Shown here piece after piece: positions 1 to 6,734 of a stretch of 6,734 bases of DNA. Positions within the stretch are counted from its first letter, which is position 1; every line of letters begins with the position of its first letter. The notes beneath the pieces are model-generated. The model ran no database searches. It was not told the origin of the DNA and saw nothing but the letters and a program-made list of their open reading frames with translations. This stretch comes from Amoeboaphelidium protococcarum X5 (lineage: Eukaryota; Fungi; Aphelidiomycota). The position numbers and the translations under genes are program-made. The stretch covers positions 1 to 6,734 of the forward strand of contig JALDTO010000284.1 of the NCBI GenBank assembly GCA_023515725.1. The letters are read 5' to 3'.

Positions 1-71
1 ACCCGCGATTATTTTTATTTTTAATTGAGCTTTTGAAAAATAAAATTGAGTAAATGTTATTTTTTTTGTAG
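1..71 (+). other. Probable 3' part of a spliceosomal intron ending in a TAG acceptor at 69-71
   Basis: Very AT-rich sequence with a poly-T tract directly before GTAG, then an abrupt switch to coding-like composition at 72. The donor is not identified in the window. Confidence 0.55.
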
Positions 72-609
72 ACTGAGTCACAGGGATTGGCGAGAGTTCA
101 AAGAAGATGCGGTGAAGTTGAAAAGAAATCTCTAGCCTGGCGTCACCAAGAATTTGGTTTTGATTTGGAACACTGCTGCTGGCTTTTCTGATAATTTTGA
201 TGTTCTTATGGACTGCTGCGGCACTTTCACTCATCTGGCGTACTTTGACTGCGAGTTTGATGGAAAAGTGATGCATCAAGTTTTGCGATTCGTGCAGTGT
301 ACCAATGTGATAGATTTCCTGAGGAAGGTTCGCAATGGGAATGATAATCTGAGCTTAAATCGCGTGTCCCAGTTCAGATCTGATAGGCTGTTCACGGATG
401 TATGCTCACTTGAAAGCCTGAAGCGCGCTGCTGGCTATGCTGAAGCGCTAAATTTCTTCAAGGCTATGGTGATTTCGTTGAATGACATATTCCATAGAAC
501 AATGCCTCGCAGTGAAAATCATTGGTATAATTTGCATCCTGTGTAAATTTTGGATAAAGACGATGAGAAGGACTTTTATTCTAAGGACGCCCATGATGGC
601 TTGATTTGA
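72..609 (+). CDS. 3' terminal exon of an unidentified protein-coding gene (5' part outside the window); about 178 aa with TAR=Gln
   Basis: Follows a T-rich tract and TTTTTTTGTAG acceptor (61-71). The frame reads LSHRDWREFKEDAVKLKRNL-Q(TAG 133-135)-PGVTKNLVLIWN...WYNLHPV-Q(TAA 544-546)-ILDKDDEKDFYSKDAHDGLI-TGA (607-609). Upstream the frame has a TGA at 34-36 and no ATG. No family recognised. Confidence 0.6.
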
Positions 610-792
610 AATGAAAATTTGATTTTTATCCAATTTGATTTTATTATGCACTGATGACTCTTGGTATAAATTCAATTTGAATTCCTATATACCTTTATTG
701 CTCATTCAATTTCAAAATGGTTAACAATAATGTCTGACAGTTGATATTCGCGTTGAAGCGTGATTATAATCGTTTAGAGTCTTAATTCATCG

Positions 793-1101
793 TCAGTTTG
801 TCGTACATCTCTATTCAAATGACTTGGCAAGTACAATCAATATCCAGCATAACAGCTCTGACGCACTAAAGTTCTATAACTTGCTTTTTGAATAATCAAT
901 GATTTTAGGCAACGTCATGATGAGTTTTCCTCCACTCTAAATTGACATTTGAAATATTCTCAACTAAATCTCATACAAACATGTTACATTTTAATTCAAA
1001 TCATTCCAATGCGCACGTCTACGAAACTCAACTCTAAAGCAGCCTGAAAATGAACTGAAATGTTCAGTATTGGTAAAACTGTCCGCGTGTTGGCAATCCA
1101 T
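793..1101 (-). CDS. Possible small hypothetical gene, 102 aa with TAR=Gln (may be spliced and extend to 702)
   Basis: ATG at 1101 to TGA at 795-793 with 5 internal TAR: MDCQHADSFTNTEHFSS...SELLCWILIVLAKSFEQRCTTN. It fills the largest intergenic gap. No homology recognised, and ORFs this long arise by chance when TGA is the only stop. Confidence 0.25.
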
Positions 1102-1235
1102 TCACGTTATAGGGGAAAATTCAGAGTAAAAATGATCGACTATGTTAATAAAATTGTAATTCAAAATCAAACAATTTTAATAAGAATGAATTGATGAAGA
1201 GATTGTATTTAAATGAGATAACACTTTTAATGAAA

Positions 1236-1985
1236 TCACAAAATTGAACCAATAGTGGAGACTAGAGTGGTGGCAAAGTTGGGACATGCAAGATTGTAAT
1301 CGCTCTCGTACACTTGGAAATTCCTAATAATACCAAACGCGGTGATAGACACCTTGTAGTGCAAAGGAATTTGATTTTTGCCACCACCGAGACCACATGA
1401 GGTGAGGATGGTTGACAGCACGGGATTAGTAGGTGATCCAGTGGCATTCAACGTGGCAGGCACCTCCAACTTTGTCTTTCCCATAGCGGGCAGTGTAAGT
1501 GATTAATATCCACCACCAATAGATTAAAGTCCACCATTATCTTTCAATCTGATAAAGACATCAACGTTCACTCTATCAATCTTGTACTCCGCGATACTGT
1601 TACTCTTCACGTCTGCACTGAGTGTCATCAGTAGACCAACATTAATCGGATTTGTACCACTAATGACCACAGGACCACTTCCATCAGCATTCTGACGCGC
1701 AGCCATGTTGATATTACTGATATCAGGAATTCGGAAAATAAAGTACAGCAGCACTCCAAGGCCAGCGAGGAGCAGCACGGTAATGATGAGGCAACACACA
1801 CAACTAAACACGGTATTGCAGCAGCAGAAGAAAGGCTTAGATTTCGCTTTGGATAGACTATTTCGCTCATGATCAAGATCTTGCACATTATAGCTCTACT
1901 GCGGATATGTCTAGATCTATGGAGGCTGATAAATGTCCTATTACTACTACTGCTAATACAACTACTCTTGAGAATTCATATTCAT
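1236..1985 (-). CDS. Single-pass (probably type II) membrane protein, LEA_2/NDR1-HIN1-like, 249 aa
   Basis: ATG 1985 to TGA 1238-1236 in one frame, joining track ORFs 1524..1886 and 1236..1484 through 11 TAA/TAG codons. It has a Q/P/Y-rich N-terminus (MNMNSQEQLYQQQQQQDIYQPPQIQTYPQQSY), a Cys cluster (FFCCCNTVFSCVCC), a TM helix (LIITVLLLAGLGVLLYFIF) followed by RIP, and a beta-rich domain with SCG and CP cysteines. The family call rests on recalled architecture. Confidence 0.8.
1938..1955 (-). repeat. Polyglutamine tract (Q6) encoded by TAG CAG TAG TAG TAA TAG
   Basis: Read directly on the minus strand, in frame with the downstream membrane-protein ORF. Confidence 0.85.
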
Positions 1986-2374
1986 ATTTTAAACTATTAT
2001 AACTATAATGTATCAGGTAAACAAACTACTATCAAGATATCTAGTTTATTTCTTGTACACTTATTCAAAGAAGAGGAAGAAGGTGGACGTGTAACGAGTA
2101 TCGATCTAGATTGTCTTGGCAAATCAAAACATTTTAGAAACCGCGCGTGCGACAGAAATGGTCACACTTGTTTCCTATTCCGGCTCTGATTCGCCAAAAT
2201 AGTATCTTATCTGTATCCAGATAGTGAGTACATGTAGTAGGAAAGTGGAAGTTTGATCAAAATGCAAATACATTTATTCAACAACAATTTTCACATATAC
2301 TATATATTGTATAATCAACGACGAGGTAATGTGCAAATGCAATTTGAGCTAACAATCAGGCGTCGAAATAAACT

Positions 2375-2893
2375 TCACGAATGGCCATTTTGAGAGTGTA
2401 CCATTTACAATTACTAACGAGTGAACAGCAAATCCTACTGAGTACTTTGTAACTTGAGCGATAGCATTGCAACTTCATGTCTGTATCTCTCAACCTATCC
2501 TTCGAGTTCAGCAATGTAAGACAGGCGTTTCTCACGCGATTTTCTGGCAGCCAAGCGGTTTCGCTCGCGTCTGCGCTCATTCCGTCCCTCGATCACATCC
2601 TCAGGAGAGGTGCTACTGTTATGCATTCGATACACGGATGATGAAGTTGTTCCAGAAGTAGCAGTCACGCGCCGTTAACGTTTACTATGACCATTAATAT
2701 CTACGCCGCCAGATTGCAATGAACTTTAAATCGCGCCCAATTCTTAAGGATGTTCATGATGATTTTATTGACAATCATCATCTAGAAAATTAGTCAGGAG
2801 GCACGTTTCACTAGAATGAGCATCTGAAGTTAAATTTCCGCTGCTTAGAGGAAACGCTGAATCGATCCAATCGCAAAGTTGACTGTTCTCCAT
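2375..2893 (-). CDS. bZIP transcription factor, 172 aa
   Basis: ATG 2893 (MENSQLCDW...) to TGA 2377-2375 with 9 internal TAR. The basic region ERRRERNRLAARKSREKR (about 2578-2525) has the invariant N-x7-R and is followed by the zipper YIAELEGQVERYRHEVAMLSLKLQSTQQDLLFTRQQL. The bZIP domain is absent from the supplied ORF track. Confidence 0.9.
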
Positions 2894-3120
2894 GTCGCGT
2901 CTTGACTTGGATAATCGCAGATATATTATTATGCCTGTGAAATGACAGGAAACACAATGATGAGCAAACGGCCGATGTGTCGCTTTCAATCGTGATGAAA
3001 TCAACACCGACAATCGTGCGCTGACGTGTCAATGCGATGAAATGCAATGAATGAAATCGTGAACTAAAAATCAATCATCAAAATTCCAGATAAACGTTTT
3101 CAATTCATTAGCAATTCATA

Positions 3121-3126
3121 TTTATT
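3121..3126 (-). terminator. Putative polyadenylation signal AATAAA overlapping the caleosin stop (TGAATAAA)
   Basis: Seen in sequence. Similar signals lie 3' of the bHLH gene (4615-4620, -), the bZIP gene (2273-2278, -) and E1 (ATTAAA 6451-6456, +). These hexamers are common in AT-rich DNA. Confidence 0.4.
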
Positions 3127-4392
3127 CATAGTGGACGCACATAAGTCTCTTGGACGACTTCATACTGAGGAACGGGACGTTGACGCAATTAGTCATCATT
3201 GTTGTTTGATTTCATCTTCTTGGCCAGCTGCTAGCCTTCATTCTTGATCTGATGTAGCTTTTGGCTAGCTTGACTGATTTTTTGCTCAAAAGCATCAATG
3301 TACTGACGGCGTCTCTACTCCAATTCTCTTTTACGTTCAGCTTCGATGCGATAGAAGAGAGAACCATCATAGATACCGCGTACCTACTCTCTCGTCACAT
3401 AGCCATTCTCATCAGCACAGAGCAGCCACACGGCAAACCACTCGAAACGAGCAGCAAACCAGCCAAAAAAGTCGTTAACACACTTCAAGTCGGAAGCCAT
3501 CTGCCACAACTGCCAATGATTCAAAGCATTTCTGCGATCAACATCCCATTTGCTGAAAATCTCTTCAAACTTCTGAGGGATAAAGCGGCCTTCGTTATCA
3601 TAAGTGCCAGTATCAGAGCCATGTTTGCCTTTGTGAATCTTCTCAGTCCAAATTCTGAAGAATGGATCGATTGGCCACCAGCTATTATTACACACAGGGC
3701 TGAAGCCAGAGTGAATGACAAACATTGCCAACACGGCCCAAAACCAATGATAGCCCAAGGCGCGGAATCCAGCGAAAGTCTCCAATGGTGTGATTATACC
3801 ATCCTTATTACGATCAAAGAAATCAACGTGCTACTGCAGTACAGAGCGATTTTGTGGAGACTTTGGAGTACCTTCAGGATGGTACTTATCTGGAGCAGTG
3901 TTAAAACGCGCTTTCCCAGGATACATAATCTTCTGATCAACATTGGCAACAGGACGCTCAAATGTCACTGGCACATAGCTAGATTGACTAACAATCGATT
4001 CGCTCTTTCCAGCGTTATTATCACAATCATTCTAAGCTGGCAATTTTTCATCAAGCGAAATCTGCTGCTAATCTTCCATCAACGGCTGATATGGATTAGA
4101 ATCGCTGAAACTATCTGATCTGTTAGGCAGAGCAAAAGCCGGGTCCTGTTATTCTAGTCCTGCCAGCACAGAAGCATCAGGCTCTTCAATGTAGTCGGAT
4201 GAGTAATTGCTTTCTAAGCCTTAGCTTATGCCTACATAGTGTTAGCGATGTTATATCCTTGGTATCATTGCAAAATGTCTTACTTTGATCGTTTTTCACA
4301 GGATTCAAACTAGAATCATTGATCCCAAACTGAGTCTTTATGGGAACATTCTTCACTGAAGGCGCTTTTCCTAACAAAGTATTATCTGGCAT
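3126..4392 (-). CDS. Caleosin / peroxygenase family lipid-droplet protein; two exons (4392-4284, 4231-3126), 404 aa
   Basis: Caleosin motifs in order: PVTFERPV, PGKARFNTAPDKYHPEGT, SVLQQHVDFFD (second Q = TAG 3833-3831), EF-hand loop DRNKDGIITPLE, hydrophobic segment with proline knot (SPVCNNSWWPIDPFFRI), IHKGKHGSDTGTYDNEGRFIPQKFEEIFSK, FFGWFAARFEW, and REQVRGIYDGSLFY (Q = TAG 3386-3384). Ends at TGA 3128-3126 with 9 internal TAR. The start is less certain (alternatives 4497, 4464, or unspliced 4268). Confidence 0.92.
4232..4283 (-). other. 52-nt GT-AG spliceosomal intron in the caleosin gene
   Basis: Minus strand reads GTAAGA...CGCTAAC-ACTATG-TAG: a donor, a branch-point consensus at 4246-4241 and an acceptor. 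Removing it joins the upstream frame (MPDNTLLG...KNDQ) exactly into the caleosin frame (A|GC = Ser). Confidence 0.8.
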
Positions 4393-4666
4393 CTTGCACA
4401 AAGTATTTAATGAAAGTAATTGTTGTGTAGAAGAAAGAAGAGTTATGACGTTATGTCTGACCATAAAGTGTGACAACGTTGTTTCGAGTCGAGTCATCCT
4501 AAGACTGAATCAGACCAGCGCGATGTCTTTTGATTTTGCAGACTGAAGAAAATTCACGCGTCCATCTATGAGAAAGCCAAGTGTAAGTAAAGAAGATGTA
4601 TTTTACATGCTGCTTTTATTATACAAACCAGTGTAGTCTAGATCGATCATTAGAACAAAGTCCTAA

Positions 4667-5308
4667 TCAACTGGAATCTGTATTACAAGCTTTGAGCTTT
4701 TCCAATTCAGTTTCCAACCTACTTATGCGCTCCTTCTGGTCCTTGTCCTATTTCAGCATCTTTTCAATGAAAATGACTGCTCCATCCAGTACTTCACCTT
4801 TGTTTTTAGTTTCGCCATCATCTGTAAGCTTGATCAGAGCACATATCTTCGAGATGGCTTCATTAATGTGTTCACGGCGTCTCTTTTCGACTTCACGGTG
4901 AGAGAGGCGCCTCTTTCGCTGCTAAGCATCTTCACTACGCGTCACAGAATTGCGTTTAGATTTTTGCATGTGTGACAACAGTAGAGGAGGCTAAGAGTTT
5001 GAAACACCAGTTATAGGCAACTGGGAATTGAATCCGTTCAGCAAATTGTGACCTTATCCAAAATCTGGCAGAATTGATGAGTTTACATTATTCGACTATT
5101 GCTATGACCCAATGTTATTACCCAGCATCAGAGGAGATTAGATCATGGACTGGAGTTAGAGCTGAGGCATTATATTTTACTATCCCATTGTGAGCAGACT
5201 GTTGTCTTTCTCTTCCATTGTCTTTGGCAATATATTCATCTGGCGCGCCTCTTGCAGACCGGTACCATTGTTACTGTTATTCTTAGGATCAGATTGAGAG
5301 AATGCCAT
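4667..5308 (-). CDS. bHLH(-ZIP) transcription factor, group B, Cbf1/USF-like, 213 aa
   Basis: ATG 5308 to TGA 4669-4667 with 10 internal TAR. A Q/N/S-rich N-terminus precedes RKRRLSHREVEKRRREHINEAISKICALIKLTDDGETKNKGEVLDGAVIFIEKM (H-E-R basic triad) and a short coiled coil QKERISRLETELEKLK. Absent from the supplied ORF track. Confidence 0.9.
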
Positions 5309-6440
<1,132 letters not shown>

Positions 6441-6485
6441 ACCAATCTAAATTAAACTAGTTTTTACTTTTCTTCACATTTAATC

Positions 6486-6734
6486 TCAATTCGAACTCTT
6501 CGGTCTAAAGCATATGAGTAACTAGCATCTTAGTTGAGTAATCGAAGTGAGATCATTCGATTAAGATGTGATGGCAGTCGCAATTATGCAGTCGCTCTAT
6601 GAAAGCTAATAATTCGGCATTATCAATTCGTAACATTGCAGACAGCTATCAAGTATTGTATTTGTATGGTTGATATAGCGAGGTGAATGGCCGCTTTCAA
6701 ATGAGACGCCTTCGCTCAATATGTTACGGATCGT
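6486..6734 (-). CDS. Possible 3' end of a gene entering from the right edge (82 aa with TAR=Gln); strand uncertain
   Basis: The minus frame is open from the window edge to TGA 6488-6486 (TIRNILSEGVSFESGH...CFRPKSSN, 4 TAR). The mirror plus frame from ATG 6571 is also open to the edge, so the assignment is ambiguous. Confidence 0.3.

Noticed and set aside
13-45. TTTTATTTTT / AAAAATAAAA inverted repeat
   Set aside because: Low-complexity AT sequence in a probable intron; likely chance.
74-80. Perfect AP-1 site TGAGTCA
   Set aside because: Inside a probable coding exon, single occurrence.
1060-1194. 44-aa plus ORF with faint KOW-like look (MFSIGKTVRVL...)
   Set aside because: Too short, lacks the full motif, and has an AT-rich UTR-like 3' half.
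1869-2189. 106-aa plus ORF with a poly-Leu stretch
   Set aside because: The poly-Leu is the reverse complement of the TAG/TAA polyQ tract.
2356-2661. Track ORFs 2356..2580 (-) and 2467..2661 (+)
   Set aside because: Off-frame or antisense to the bZIP CDS.
2756-2827. C/D-box snoRNA-like ATGATGA...CTGA
   Set aside because: Lies antisense within the bZIP CDS and has no recognisable rRNA guide.
3261-4118. 285-aa plus-strand ORF in the track
   Set aside because: Antisense shadow of the caleosin CDS; starts at TTG and has no recognisable family.
4186-4497. 103-aa minus ORF as an independent gene
   Set aside because: Explained as probable 5' UTR plus caleosin exon 1 read through the intron.
4340-4901. 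Track ORFs 4340..4546 and 4596..4901 (+)
   Set aside because: Antisense to the caleosin 5' region and the bHLH domain.

Overview
Gene-dense, AT-rich eukaryotic nuclear DNA that does not use the standard genetic code: TAA and TAG are read as sense codons (Gln) and TGA is the only stop (translation table 6). The supplied ORF track uses standard stops, so it fragments two genes and misses three. Hand-translation with TAR=Gln gives five complete genes. These are a Cys-rich single-pass LEA_2-like membrane protein (1236-1985, -), a bZIP transcription factor (2375-2893, -), a long caleosin/peroxygenase with one 52-nt intron (3126-4392, -), a Cbf1/USF-like bHLH factor (4667-5308, -) and, divergently, enolase-phosphatase E1 of methionine salvage (5691-6440, +). 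There is also the last exon of an unidentified gene (72-609, +). I counted 53 in-frame TAA/TAG codons in the five complete genes, two at family-conserved Gln positions, and all six frames end in TGA. Fungal-like gene content, a short intron with a GCTAAC branch point and tight packing suggest a fungus-related lineage such as an aphelid (inference). All counts and coordinates were derived by hand; no database search was run.
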